A stretch of DNA of 64,000 bases, taken from the NCBI GenBank assembly GCA_040220235.1, contig JAVJTO010000094.1; one strand, given 5' to 3'. The notes beneath the pieces were generated by a model. That model made no database searches. It had not been told where the DNA came from and saw nothing but the letters and a program-made list of their open reading frames with translations. Shown piece after piece: positions 40,362 through 50,796 of the stretch. Position 1 is the first letter of the stretch. The number at the start of each line of letters is the position of its first letter. Origin of the DNA: Coleofasciculus sp. B1-GNL1-01 (GTDB lineage: Bacteria > Cyanobacteriota > Cyanobacteriia > Cyanobacteriales > Coleofasciculaceae). A program made the translations under genes and the position numbers.

Positions 40362-42059
40362 ATGAACGAAAAGTCAATGTCACTACAAACGGTTCTAGAT
40401 GAAACCTTTACCCAATTAAACCAGGGACTAGAGACGTATCAACCTGAACTCCAACTGCGGGAAGTAGGAGTGGTCAAATCGGTATCCCGTGGCATTGCAA
40501 CGGTTAGTGGTTTACCCACAGTAAAAGCGGATGAATTGATTCGTTTTCCGGGTGGGTTGTTGGGAATTGCGTTTAATTTAGACCCGGATGAAGTGGGGGT
40601 TATTTTATTAGGAGAAAGCGAACATATTGAAGCAGGCGATCGCGTACAGCGCACCGGACGGATTTTGGATGTGCCAGTCGGCGAGGCGCTGATTGGTCGG
40701 GTGATGGACGCCACGGGTCGTCCGTTGGATAATCAGGGGGCGATTCAAACCAGCGAACGTCTACCCATCGAACAGGAAGCCCCCGCTATTTTAGACCGCG
40801 CCCCGGTGAAAGTGCCATTACAGACGGGTCTTAAGGTTGTAGATGCGTTAGTTCCCATTGGTCGTGGTCAACGGGAATTAATTGTCGGCGATCGCCAAAC
40901 CGGGAAAACCGCGATCGCAGTAGATACGATTATTAATCAAAAAGGGAAAGATGTCATCTGTATTTACTGCGCTGTGGGTCAACGTACCTCCGCCGTGGCA
41001 AAAGTGATTGCCCAGTTGCGCGAACGAGAGGCGATGGATTATTCCCTGGTTGTCGTTGCTACAGGGGAAGATGCTCCAGGGTTGCGCTACATTACCCCGT
41101 ATGCCGCGATGTCCATTGGCGAATATTTTCGCGATCGCGGACAGGATGCGTTAGTGGTGATTGATGATATGACCCGCCATGCTTGGGCGTATCGTGAATT
41201 GTCCTTACTGTTGCGACGTCCACCAGGTCGAGAAGCCTATCCCGGTGATATTTTTTATATTCATTCCCGGATGTTGGAACGGTCAACCCACCTCAGCGAA
41301 GAATTGGGAGGCGGTTCCTTAACTGCATTACCGATTGTGGAAACCCAAGCCCAGAATATTTCTGCCTATATTCCCACTAATTTAATCTCAATTACCGACG
41401 GTCAGATTTACGTGTCTCCGGATTTATTCCAGCAAACCGTCTTACCCGCCGTGGAGGTGGGTAAATCGGTGTCGCGGGTTGGCGGAAAAACCCAGTTAGC
41501 GGCGTATCAAGACGTGGCGGGAGATTTACGCCTGTCTTATTCTCAATTCCAAGAAGTGGAAGTATTTGCCCGGTTTAGCACCCAGCTTGATGAAGACACT
41601 CGTCACACCCTAGAACGAGGGCGTCGGGTGCGGCAGATCCTCAAGCAAAAGGAATCCCAACCGTTATCGGTTCCTGAGCAAATTGCTGCCCTTGTCGCGG
41701 TGAATGAGGGGGTTTTTGATGAACTGCCCTTGGATCAGGTGAGAGACGCCGAAACAGCCGTCAGAGAAGCGGTGACAGCGGAATTGTCCGAGGTGTGCGA
41801 TCGCGTTGTATCGGGTGAAGCGTTAAGGGATGAGGATTTAGAGGCAATTTTACGGGTAGCTAAGGAGGCGACACAGGCGTATAAACCGGAACAAGAGCAA
41901 GAAGAAGAACGAACTGAGCAAGAATCGGAAGAAGAGAAAGAAGAAGGGGAAGAACCGACTCAGGCAGAACAGTCTGAGGAGGACAAAGAAGAAGAAAATA
42001 AACAGCAAGAAGAAGATCAACAAGAAGATCAAGAGAAGGAAGAATCTGACAATCAATAA
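40362..42059 (+). CDS. atpA: N-type ATPase alpha subunit
   Basis: [30 protein letters not shown] and SVSRVGG; E/Q-rich tail. Confidence 0.96.
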   Translation: MNEKSMSLQTVLDETFTQLNQGLETYQPELQLREVGVVKSVSRGIATVSGLPTVKADELIRFPGGLLGIAFNLDPDEVGVILLGESEHIEAGDRVQRTGRILDVPVGEALIGRVMDATGRPLDNQGAIQTSERLPIEQEAPAILDRAPVKVPLQTGLKVVDALVPIGRGQRELIVGDRQTGKTAIAVDTIINQKGKDVICIYCAVGQRTSAVAKVIAQLREREAMDYSLVVVATGEDAPGLRYITPYAAMSIGEYFRDRGQDALVVIDDMTRHAWAYRELSLLLRRPPGREAYPGDIFYIHSRMLERSTHLSEELGGGSLTALPIVETQAQNISAYIPTNLISITDGQIYVSPDLFQQTVLPAVEVGKSVSRVGGKTQLAAYQDVAGDLRLSYSQFQEVEVFARFSTQLDEDTRHTLERGRRVRQILKQKESQPLSVPEQIAALVAVNEGVFDELPLDQVRDAETAVREAVTAELSEVCDRVVSGEALRDEDLEAILRVAKEATQAYKPEQEQEEERTEQESEEEKEEGEEPTQAEQSEEDKEEENKQQEEDQQEDQEKEESDNQ

Positions 42060-42087
42060 AGACAGATTCTCAATCTTGCCAGGGTGT

Positions 42088-42194
42088 TATAGCACTACGA
42101 GGATACGTTAGGACATTTATCTGTTGCCTGTTGCCTGTTGCCTGTTGCCTTTTCACCTAATTTTATTGTCCTAACCTCAATGCGTAGCGCTATA
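42088..42194. mobile_element. MITE-like element
   Basis: TATAGCACTACG..GTTAGGACA / TGTCCTAAC..CGTAGCGCTATA inverted ends; internal TGTTGCC x3. Confidence 0.6.
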
Positions 42195-42209
42195 TCATCA
42201 AGGATTTTT

Positions 42210-42518
42210 ATGAACGGTATACTAATTTTTGTCATTGTAGCAGTTGTGGTCTTGGCAATCTTTGCCATTGCTAAAGGTAGGAAACGTCGGGGTAGCTATG
42301 GTGGTGGAGGCTTTGTCCCTGATACTAACGGCGATAATGGTGATGGCTTTGGTGATGGCTTTGGTGATGGCGGTGACGGCGGTGGTGTAGGCGGTAGTTC
42401 TGGTGTAGGCGGTAGTTCTGGCGGTGGTGCTGGTACTAGTGGCGGTGCTGGTGGCGGTGCTGGTGGCGGTGGCGGTGCTGGTGGCGGTGCAGGCGGCGGC
42501 GGCGGTGGCGGTGGTTGA
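42210..42518 (+). CDS. Small single-TM glycine-rich protein
   Basis: ATG 42210 follows AAGGA; TM helix, KGRKRR, then a poly-Gly tail. Confidence 0.65.
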   Translation: MNGILIFVIVAVVVLAIFAIAKGRKRRGSYGGGGFVPDTNGDNGDGFGDGFGDGGDGGGVGGSSGVGGSSGGGAGTSGGAGGGAGGGGGAGGGAGGGGGGGG

Positions 42519-42689
42519 TGCTAGAGTTATAGGCTGACCCTGAGCGAAGTCGAAGGGTCAACCTCCTGAATTTCGCTATACCCCACACCCTGTCTCATTT
42601 TTAGCTAATTTGCCACCCCTTGAGGAATCTGACAATTAGCCGATGGCGCGATCGCTCCTGCGCTCCTACCCTTTCTGCGGACATCACCG

Positions 42690-43241
42690 TTAAAATTCTG
42701 GTGACCACAAATCAACAATAGCGACCTCAAAACCAGGAAGTAAATCAGGAATCATTAGTACATCACCATCGCCTAAAATCTCGACCTCGGACGCAGGACG
42801 ATAAATTTCGACCCGACGCTGTGGCGGATTCATCAAAATACCAACTTTTGTTCCTTGCTCCAGAAAAAATTGAATCTTATCTCTCAACGATTTTAAGGTA
42901 TCTGTTGGGGACTTTACCTCAACCATTAAATCAGGAGCCAGTTCCGCAAACGAACGAGGACTTTTGGGTAACCGTTCAGCTAAAACAAAAGAAACATCAG
43001 GCGCTCTGACATTAGCATTGGGTAGGTCAAAACCTGCACTAGACGCTGTCACCCGACCAAGCTTTTGAGGTCTTACCCAATTACCTAAAACCCGGACAAA
43101 TTCGGCGACGACTTCATCTGACTCATAACCCGATGGACTCATAACTACGATTTGCCCGTCCACTAACTCCATGCGATACTCAGGATGTTCTGCTTGTAAT
43201 TTCTCCAAGTCTTTGCGGGTTAGAGCTGTCAGAGAAGCCAT
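42690..43241 (-). CDS. Uma2-family endonuclease (DUF820)
   Basis: MELVDGQIVVMSP, RAPDVSF and APDLMVEVKSP. Confidence 0.93.
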   Translation of the reverse strand: MASLTALTRKDLEKLQAEHPEYRMELVDGQIVVMSPSGYESDEVVAEFVRVLGNWVRPQKLGRVTASSAGFDLPNANVRAPDVSFVLAERLPKSPRSFAELAPDLMVEVKSPTDTLKSLRDKIQFFLEQGTKVGILMNPPQRRVEIYRPASEVEILGDGDVLMIPDLLPGFEVAIVDLWSPEF

Positions 43242-43424
43242 AGAACCTCTTTGAGTTTATATCTAGAATGATTGATAAATTCATTGTATTACCGTTGAGC
43301 GCAACTCGGTATTAGGTTTAATGGCACTGCAATAAGCATTTTAGAATCATCGAAACCTTTAATATACCGTAGGGTGGGTTTCGACTTCGCAAGAGCCCAC
43401 CAGCATACCAGTCAGTGGCATTCT

Positions 43425-43642
43425 TAATTAGGGCTTGCTGCACAAAGCCAAAACCGCAAAACCCATCAATACTTTGAGCTTTATTGAAACAGGGTTTGAT
43501 TCAAGGAAATCGGGTAGTATCCTTCATCAGTATGGCATCACCTTGCTCAGGACAAATGTACCCTTGCTCCCCCAGCTCCCCCAGCTCCCCCAGCTTCCCC
43601 CGCTCCCCCTCACCACAAAACTTATTCAGCAGCCCCTAATTA
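43425..43642. mobile_element. MITE-like element
   Basis: Inverted ends TAATTAGGGCTTGCTG / CAGCAGCCCCTAATTA. A similar right end lies at about 17936..18006. Confidence 0.6.
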
Positions 43643-43712
43643 GGCTCTTATCTCCAACGACGAACTAAGATATCGTGAGAGAAGAACTCCCGTTAAGAGA
43701 AAATCCTTTTCA

Positions 43713-44918
43713 ATGACTGCGACTACTCCCAACTCCGCCAAACACAAAAAAGCCAAAGCCCTGAAACCAGGGAAGATCCGCCCTGCAAAGGAACTCTGTA
43801 GCGAATGTGGTCTGTGTAATACATACTATATTCATTATGTCAAGGAAGCTTGTGCTTTTCTTAACCAACAGATTCCCGAATTAGAAACCCAAACCCATGG
43901 ACGTAGCCGGAATCTGGATAATCCCGATGATTGGTATTTCGGCGTCAACCAGGACATGATGGCGGCGCGGAAACTTCAACCGATTGAAGGGGCGCAGTGG
44001 ACAGGAATTGTTAGCACCATTGCCATTGAAATGCTCACCAGTGGCAAAGTTGAAGGCGTTGTCTGTGTGCAGAATACCAAAGAAGACCGTTTTCAACCGA
44101 TGCCGATTATCGCCCGAACACCAGAAGAGATTCTCGCCGCCCGGGTGAATAAGCCCACCCTGTCTCCTAATCTTTCGGTATTAGAACAAATTGAACAGTC
44201 GGGGATGAAACGCCTATTAGTGATTGGCGTCGGCTGTCAAATTCAAGCATTACGGGCGGTGGAAAAAGAATTGGGCTTAGAAAAACTCTATGTTTTGGGG
44301 ACGCCCTGTGTGGATAATGTCACCCGCGCTGGCTTGCAGAAATTCCTGGAAACCACCAGCAAATCCCCCGATACCGTCGTGCATTATGAGTTCATGCAGG
44401 ACTTTCAAGTTCACTTCAAACACGAAGATGGGTCTATTGAGAAAGTCCCCTTCTTTGGATTGAATACGAAAGAACTTAAGGATGTATTTGCCCCCTCTTG
44501 TATGAGTTGTTTCGATTACGTCAACTCTCTAGCGGATTTAGTGGTTGGTTACATGGGCGCACCCTTTGGTTGGCAATGGATTGTGGTGCGAAATGACCGG
44601 GGACAGGAAATGCTGGATCTGGTGCAAAATCAGCTAGAAACGCAATCGGTTACGTCTAAGGGCGATCGACATCAAGCCGTGCAACAGAGTATTCCGGCGT
44701 ATGATAAAGGGGTAACGTTACCGATGTGGGCAGCAAAATTAATGGGGGTGGTGATTGAAAAGATTGGTCCAAAGGGATTGGAGTATGCTCGTTTCTCGAT
44801 TGACTCCCACTTTACCCGCAATTATCTCTATGTGAAGCGCCATCACCCAAAGAAATTAGCGGCGCATATTCCAGAGTTTGCCAAGCGAATTGTGGGACAG
44901 TATACTTTACCTGATTAA
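43713..44918 (+). CDS. bciB: Ferredoxin-dependent divinyl chlorophyllide 8-vinyl reductase (FrhB/FdhB family, Slr1923-like)
   Basis: PAKELCSECGLC, GAQWTGIV, GVGCQ, GTPCVDN, YEFMQD and SCMSCFDY. Confidence 0.88.
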   Translation: MTATTPNSAKHKKAKALKPGKIRPAKELCSECGLCNTYYIHYVKEACAFLNQQIPELETQTHGRSRNLDNPDDWYFGVNQDMMAARKLQPIEGAQWTGIVSTIAIEMLTSGKVEGVVCVQNTKEDRFQPMPIIARTPEEILAARVNKPTLSPNLSVLEQIEQSGMKRLLVIGVGCQIQALRAVEKELGLEKLYVLGTPCVDNVTRAGLQKFLETTSKSPDTVVHYEFMQDFQVHFKHEDGSIEKVPFFGLNTKELKDVFAPSCMSCFDYVNSLADLVVGYMGAPFGWQWIVVRNDRGQEMLDLVQNQLETQSVTSKGDRHQAVQQSIPAYDKGVTLPMWAAKLMGVVIEKIGPKGLEYARFSIDSHFTRNYLYVKRHHPKKLAAHIPEFAKRIVGQYTLPD

Positions 44919-45162
44919 GAGAGTTATCACTCACGGGAGTCGGGTTAGGTTGCGGCTTCAACCAATCAGTATCAAGCGCAACTGACCCGAACTCAATCGA
45001 TAGGGTATAGTTTCAGCAAAACGCGATCGCACGCTCAAAAATAATACTATTCCCCTCTGAACAGATACCGGACTCTCATCCCAACTCTTATCAATTCTGT
45101 TATATAGCGCGTCTAAATGAAACGCGAACTCGTCTTGTTCCCTGTTCTCTACATTTAAACCA

Positions 45163-45576
45163 ATGCCGTCCAAAACCTTTATTGTTCGCGCCCACGCGAG
45201 AACCATCTATACTCGCCCTGTCACATTTATATGTGCCAAGTGCAATCAGGCAACGACTCGCGAATGTTATCCGGGTACGCCACCGAAATACTGCCTCAAC
45301 TGTGCGCCGAAGAAGAAGAAAGCCTCAGCCAGCCGAACACCCGAAAAGGGTATGTTTAAACCCACTCATCACTTAGTTGCTCATAGAACAGGTGAACAGA
45401 TACCCGTATGCTTAGAAACCTCCCCTGATCCGGGATGGTTCTGGGTGCGTACTGCCCTGGATTGGTTTTCTGGAGAGTCGATTATTCAATATCACAGACA
45501 GAAGGGATTATATAGTCGAGACAAACCCTTGGCGGATTACTCCTTGGAGGAGATAGCCTCTGACACAGGGACTTAA
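45163..45576 (+). CDS. Hypothetical Cys-rich (zinc-ribbon-like) protein
   Basis: CAKC...CYPG..PKYCLNC. Confidence 0.7.
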   Translation: MPSKTFIVRAHARTIYTRPVTFICAKCNQATTRECYPGTPPKYCLNCAPKKKKASASRTPEKGMFKPTHHLVAHRTGEQIPVCLETSPDPGWFWVRTALDWFSGESIIQYHRQKGLYSRDKPLADYSLEEIASDTGT

Positions 45577-46004
45577 CGGTTGGACACTCTCAATGTCTTG
45601 AAGATATCAGGAATCTGGCTAATCCACAAACGATTTGCCCAGTTTTGTGTGGCAGGTTTTAGCGATCGCTGCGTCTGAAAGCGTGCAAATAAGCGGTCTA
45701 ATTCACTTTTACCACCTTCATCCCACAGCATTTCAATCGGTTTAAATTGCTCGGTATCGGGAAAATCAGGACGGTGGCGAGTTAATCGTTCAGCGTATTG
45801 GGTCAACGGCTGAAAGTGAATCGAATAATAGAGTCTGTTGACTGGATAGTTTCTGATTTCAAAGCAGGGAAAAAATTCTGGAAAGCGTTCCCTGGCTTCT
45901 TTAAAGCGGTTATAGATATCCCGTTCCCAGCGCTTGCGGGTAATATCATCAATGTCTATATCTTGCTCAGTGAGGAGAATCATCGAATTGTTGGAACGGT
46001 ACAT
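45573..46004 (-). CDS. Hypothetical protein
   Basis: 143-aa ORF, convergent with 45163..45576 and overlapping it by 4 bp. Confidence 0.6.
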   Translation of the reverse strand: MYRSNNSMILLTEQDIDIDDITRKRWERDIYNRFKEARERFPEFFPCFEIRNYPVNRLYYSIHFQPLTQYAERLTRHRPDFPDTEQFKPIEMLWDEGGKSELDRLFARFQTQRSLKPATQNWANRLWISQIPDIFKTLRVSNR

Positions 46005-46361
46005 AAGGGGAGGGAACTTGCTTCACTTTCTACTTTAGAAAGGGCGTGTGACAAGGTTATGACAAATTAATGACGATCTTATCAAGGGGTGACAAGGGAG
46101 TTGAGGTGTAGGCAGGGTATGGGGTGTAGGGCGTAGGGTGTAGGGTGTAGGGTGTAGGGAGGGCTTCACAACCTTTGAAGGAATCTGGTTTTGACGTTAG
46201 TAAGGGCGGGTTTTGCTACAGATGTTATCGGTGAGATTCGACATTGAGTGCCTAAACCCGCCCCTACAGCGTGTTGTATTCTTTAGATTTGGGGTTAGTA
46301 AGGGCGGGTTTTGCTACAAATGTTATCGGTGGGATTCAACATTGAGTGCCTAAACCCGCCC

Positions 46362-47957
46362 CTACAGCGCCAATGCCAACCCATCCCCACGGGGTTCAGA
46401 CGCCGCCACGAAAACGCCTCCCTGCCGTAAGATTATCTGACCCTTGCCAAACCGTTTTTCATCGGTACTCATTTCAATATGATGTCCCCGTTGAGCAAGT
46501 GCCAAAGCCACATCAGACGGTACAGTTGGCTCTAAAAGTACCTGATTTCCGGCGATAAACTGCCATCGCGGTGCATCCAGTGCTGCTTGGGGATTCATGC
46601 CGTAGTCTGCCAGATTCACCACCATTTGTAGATGTCCTTGGGGTTGCATATATTCCCCCATGACGCCAAAGGGTCCTAAGGGTTGACCGTCTTGGCTGAG
46701 GAAGCTGGGAATTATCGTATGATAGGGACGTTTCCCTGGTGCAACTTGATTGGGATGACCTGCTTCTAGGGTGAAACCATAGCCGCGATTGTGTAGGGCA
46801 ATCCCTGTACCCGGAATCAGAATCCCACTACCAAACCCTTGATAATTGGATTGAATCAACGACACCATCAACTCCCCATCGGCGGCGGCTAAATAGACGG
46901 TTCCGCCTTTGGCTAAACCAGGTTGGGCTAAGGGAATCGCGGTGTCTGTGATTAACTGGCGACGGGTTTGGGCATAGTCTTTATCCAGGAGTCGCTCAAC
47001 TGCCATGTCCATAAATCGAGGATCGGCGATATAACGTTTGGCATCGGCAAAAGCCAGCTTCATCGCTTCAATTTGCAGGTGATAGCTGTCTACCGAGTCA
47101 CGGGGATATTGACGTAAATTGAATCCTTCCAGGATATTTAAGGCGATTAATGCCGTTAATCCTTGGGTATTGGGCGGAATTTCCCAAACCCGTAAGTCTC
47201 GATAGGTGGTGGAAATCGGGTTCACCCAATCCGCTTGATGGGCGGCGAAATCGGCTACGGTTAATAAGCCCCCCGTATTGGCAGCAAAATTCGCGATCGC
47301 ACGAGCAATATCTCCCTGATAAAAGCATTCACCCCCCGTTTGGGCAATCTGGGTTAAGGTTTGAGCATGAGCCTCACTTCCCCACACCTCTCCCGGATGC
47401 GGCGCCCGGTTATGGGGGAAAAAGACAGATTTAAATGGCTCAAATTCTCGCCCCTGTAGGGGAAGGAAAATCGCCTCCGCCTGTTTCCAAGCGGTTGCGG
47501 TAACTGGGGAAACTGGATATCCGGCTTGAGCATAACGAATCGCCGGGGCAAATAACTGCTCAAAGGGTAATTTCCCCCACCGTTGCCATAATGTTCGCCA
47601 AGCCGAGACACAGCCAGGTACGGTGACGGGTAACCACCCCCGTTGCGGGATGTCTTCCATCCCAGCAAAATGGTTTAAGGTTAAAGCTTGAGGACTTTTA
47701 CCCGAGGCGTTAAGTCCATGTAACTGACCATCCCAGACTAAGGCAAAGGTGTCAGACCCAATTCCGTTAGAGGTAGGTTCAACTACCGTGAGTGCGATCG
47801 CCATGGCTAATGCTGCATCAATAGCATTCCCCCCCGCCCAAATCATCTCCATCCCCGCTAATGTGGCTAGGGGTTGGCTGGTGGCGACAGCACAGTGCTT
47901 GCCCATGATTACCCGTCGCGTAGAAGGGTAGGGGTAGTGAGTTAGGTTATTGGTCAT
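46362..47957 (-). CDS. ggt: Gamma-glutamyltransferase family protein
   Basis: GGNAIDAA, VVEPTSNGIG, GTVYL (Thr nucleophile), KRPYHTIIP and QPQGH. Confidence 0.95.
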   Translation of the reverse strand: MTNNLTHYPYPSTRRVIMGKHCAVATSQPLATLAGMEMIWAGGNAIDAALAMAIALTVVEPTSNGIGSDTFALVWDGQLHGLNASGKSPQALTLNHFAGMEDIPQRGWLPVTVPGCVSAWRTLWQRWGKLPFEQLFAPAIRYAQAGYPVSPVTATAWKQAEAIFLPLQGREFEPFKSVFFPHNRAPHPGEVWGSEAHAQTLTQIAQTGGECFYQGDIARAIANFAANTGGLLTVADFAAHQADWVNPISTTYRDLRVWEIPPNTQGLTALIALNILEGFNLRQYPRDSVDSYHLQIEAMKLAFADAKRYIADPRFMDMAVERLLDKDYAQTRRQLITDTAIPLAQPGLAKGGTVYLAAADGELMVSLIQSNYQGFGSGILIPGTGIALHNRGYGFTLEAGHPNQVAPGKRPYHTIIPSFLSQDGQPLGPFGVMGEYMQPQGHLQMVVNLADYGMNPQAALDAPRWQFIAGNQVLLEPTVPSDVALALAQRGHHIEMSTDEKRFGKGQIILRQGGVFVAASEPRGDGLALAL

Positions 47958-48157
47958 TTGTCTTATGTCTTATGTCTTATGTCAAAACACTGATTTCACG
48001 GATTTATTAGAGAGAGTGAGGTAGGGAAGTGAGAGATTAGTTACACTGATTACATTGAGTGACATCAGGGTGAAAATCTTCCCGTTAATGATAAAATTTG
48101 CCCCTACATCACCCTCATCTTCCAGACGCGCCATGGCGCGTCTCTACATTGCTTTCC

Positions 48158-48520
48158 TCAAACCAAGGCTTCACTACAAACAATTATTGGAACTAGGTAA
48201 TCCTCATCTTTTTGGCGACGGTTTAGCCATTCGTGTCGGTCATATTGGGCGTAAAGTTGCTTGAGTTTGATAAACAGTTCATTCCCGGTTATACTATTCC
48301 GTTTTAGCCGATTTAACTCGCGCTTGAGTCCTGTGGTGACGGGTTCGCGGAAGGCTTTTTCTAATAGGTTAATTTGCGCTTTGATGTCCTCATCATTAAT
48401 CGTTTCAAAAAAGAGTCGGAGTTCCCGTAAACTATAGCGTTGTCCTTGGCTAAGATTGCGGCTATAGTCTCGTTCCGATTGACGGTGTTTCACATCTTCG
48501 GCAAATTGACGTTTAATTCT
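48158..48520 (-). pseudogene. C-terminal remnant of a large PLD-helicase-type gene
   Basis: Ends PIIVCSEALV, a terminus I associate with PLD/SNF2-like helicases. Co-oriented with the PLD fragment at 49759; no credible start of its own. Confidence 0.55.
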
Positions 48521-49755
48521 ATACGAATATAACACCGATTAAGTAGATTAAACCAATGCTATTAGGTTTTAAGACCGAATTAAAACTTAATAACAAGCAG
48601 CGAACGGCGCTAGCTAAACACGCTGGCGTTTCTCGCCATGCTTGGAATTGGGGTTTAGGTTTAACCAAACAGATACTCTTACACAATCGGGACAACCCAG
48701 AGGATAAAATCAAGTTTCCTACTGGGATTGACTTGCACTCATTGTTGGTAGCTCTGGTTAAACCCATTTGCCCTTGGTATTACGAAGTGAGTAAATGCGC
48801 CCCTCAGTATGCGCTTAGGCAATTAGCTCAAGCCTGGAAAGATGCGTTTAAGAAAAATAAAAAGCCACCTCGGTTTAAGAAGAAAGGACGGGGAGATAGC
48901 TTTACCCTAGATGGCTCAATTGCACTTGAGCATTTTAAAATCAGGGTTCCGGTTATTGGCTGGTTGAGGACGCATGAGCGGCTGCCCGTCTGTTTTCAGC
49001 CCAAGTCCGTCACCATATCCAGGACAGCAGACCGATGGTTCATCAGCTTTAAGCTGGAACATGAGCCAGTTAACCGACCCAAATCTCACTCTGTAGTGGG
49101 CGTTGATCTTGGTATAAAAGCATTAGCTGTCTTGTCTACTGGGATTGTAGTAGAGGGGGCAAAAGCTTATCGAAAGTACGAGAAGAAACTCTCTCGCCTG
49201 CAATGGTTAAACCGCCACAAGCAAATCGGTTCGGCTAACTGGAAGTCTTCCCAAATCAAAATAGCTCGTTTGCACCGAAAAATAGCCAACATCAGAAAGG
49301 ACACGTTGCACAAGCTCACATCCTATTTAGCCAAAAACCACAGCCGAATAGGAATAGAAAATTTAAACGTGTCTGGGATGATGGCTAATCATAAGCTAGC
49401 CAAAGCTATCCAGGACATGGGCTTTTATGAGTTTAAACGCCAGCTAGAGTACAAGTGCAAGTTGTACGGGTCAACACTGGTCGTAGTAGACCAATGGTAT
49501 CCCTCAACCAAAACCTGTTCTCGTTGTCATGTCATCAAGGATGAAATGCCTTTATCTGAGCAGGTTTTTCGGTGTGATAACTGCGGATTGGAAATTGATC
49601 GAGATTTCAACGCTTCCATTAATTTGGAAGTAGCCGCCAGTTAGGTGGGGGAGAGCCTGTGGACTGCTTAAGTGCCGTCACGGCCAGAATGAAGCAGGAA
49701 GTAAACAGCAAAATTTACCAGGTATTGGTAGATTTGTGTAAGTTTTATGTAACGG
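48521..49755 (+). mobile_element. tnpB-only insertion sequence, probably IS607-like; left boundary uncertain
   Basis: tnpB followed by a ~110-nt tail ending GTAAGTTTTATGTAACGG. No tnpA. Flanked by two pieces of a host gene. Confidence 0.65.
48556..49644 (+). CDS. tnpB: RNA-guided nuclease TnpB (IS200/IS605/IS607 ORF B)
   Basis: GVDLGIK (RuvC-I D), IGIENLNV (E), CSRC..CDNC zinc finger and DRDFNASIN (D). Confidence 0.95.
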   Translation: MLLGFKTELKLNNKQRTALAKHAGVSRHAWNWGLGLTKQILLHNRDNPEDKIKFPTGIDLHSLLVALVKPICPWYYEVSKCAPQYALRQLAQAWKDAFKKNKKPPRFKKKGRGDSFTLDGSIALEHFKIRVPVIGWLRTHERLPVCFQPKSVTISRTADRWFISFKLEHEPVNRPKSHSVVGVDLGIKALAVLSTGIVVEGAKAYRKYEKKLSRLQWLNRHKQIGSANWKSSQIKIARLHRKIANIRKDTLHKLTSYLAKNHSRIGIENLNVSGMMANHKLAKAIQDMGFYEFKRQLEYKCKLYGSTLVVVDQWYPSTKTCSRCHVIKDEMPLSEQVFRCDNCGLEIDRDFNASINLEVAAS

Positions 49756-49775
49756 TTTTCATTTCATATAGATAT
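49630..49775 (+). ncRNA. Putative TnpB omega/reRNA (scaffold plus flanking guide)
   Basis: Established for TnpB that the RNA derives from the element right end. A GCCTGTGGAC..GAAGCAGGAAG scaffold-like segment is present. Boundaries are approximate. Confidence 0.55.
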
Positions 49776-50190
49776 CGTAGGGGCGGGTTGGTGCCATTAC
49801 CCACGACTGCTGCATCTGCTGCATTAGGGTTTCGTCGAAGTCTTCGGCGTCTTCCCAGAGTTGGTTATACCAGTGGGTGAGTTGTTGGTGGTTGTCGTTT
49901 CCGTGAACAATAACATTGAGTTCAGTATTATGGGAAATGCCGGATAGGGTGAGATTAGAGGAACCGACAACAGCAATACCATTTTCGGCGCGATCGACGA
50001 GTTGTCCCAATTGGTTATAAACTGTACCATAGTCGAAGATGGAGGCTTTGGCGTGGAGTCGTCCTTTGGTATACACCCGAACCTGTAAGCGTTTTTCTTC
50101 GAGCATTTGTACCAGGTTTCTGACCAAGGTTTCCGCTGCATCGGTTTGATCCATTAATTCTACGCTAGACCGGATATTTTCGGCGGTTGG
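49759..50190 (-). pseudogene. Phospholipase-D (HKD) nuclease-domain fragment of a PLD-helicase
   Basis: RLHAKASIFD and VGSSNLTLSGISHNTELN. The frame extends upstream (TAENIRSSVEL) without a start and is truncated at the IS. Confidence 0.8.
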
Positions 50191-50298
50191 TGAGTGCTAG
50201 TGGAAAGAGCGATCGCGTTGTTGAGCCAAACCCTAGAACCTTTGTGGCAACAAGCTCCTCAGCCAGTGCTAGTGGAAAGAGCGATCGCGTAAAGTAAC

Positions 50299-50401
50299 TA
50301 TAGCAATCCTAAATAGGACGCAACAATTGAAGGGCTTGAAATCTAGGTATAGCAAGGGTTTCAGCTTTGAAAATTGCCACAACCTAAATAGGATTGCTAT
50401 A
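50299..50401. mobile_element. MITE-like element
   Basis: Terminal inverted repeats TATAGCAATCCTA / TAGGATTGCTATA. Confidence 0.7.
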
Positions 50402-50796
50402 TGTGTTCTAATGGTGTTCTTCTAGCCCAGAGTCGTCTTGCCGTCTGAATAGTCCTGGTCGCCCTAATTTTCTCTCATCACTGCGGAATTAGCCCTGCTT
50501 TTGAAGGGGGACGGGAGGGGGATCAAAGGGGATATAGGTAGCGAATGTTACCTAAAGCAGCTTTCCTTTGTGACTTTCCTGAAAACTCTTCCTTTAGATA
50601 GAGGCACATTCCACTCTTCTGTGGGAAAAAACTGTTGTGTATGCTTAATCATGTAATCACTAGGGCAATCTGAGACAGGTTCAGTAATCACTTGCCTATT
50701 ATCAGGACTCGTTTGGTAAACTGCTGGAGTCAAAAAACTAATTTGTTCCATTATCACTTGGAATAGATGAAGTAAACCTCTCTACTCAATAGGATT

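Noticed and set aside
42138..42518. Gly-rich ORF as a remnant of atpG
   Set aside because: No gamma-subunit motifs, and the extension upstream of 42210 is MITE sequence.
43435..43668. 77-aa ORF
   Set aside because: Lies within a MITE with 9-bp CCCCAGCTC repeats.
49778..49790. REP-like GTAGGGGCGGGTT near the tnpB right end as part of a REP-targeting guide
   Set aside because: It starts more than 20 nt from the inferred end, beyond a typical guide, and it encodes in-frame TRPY of the PLD fragment. Probably chance.
50548..50757. 69-aa minus-strand ORF
   Set aside because: It may be a gene fragment, but I cannot assign a family or support expression.
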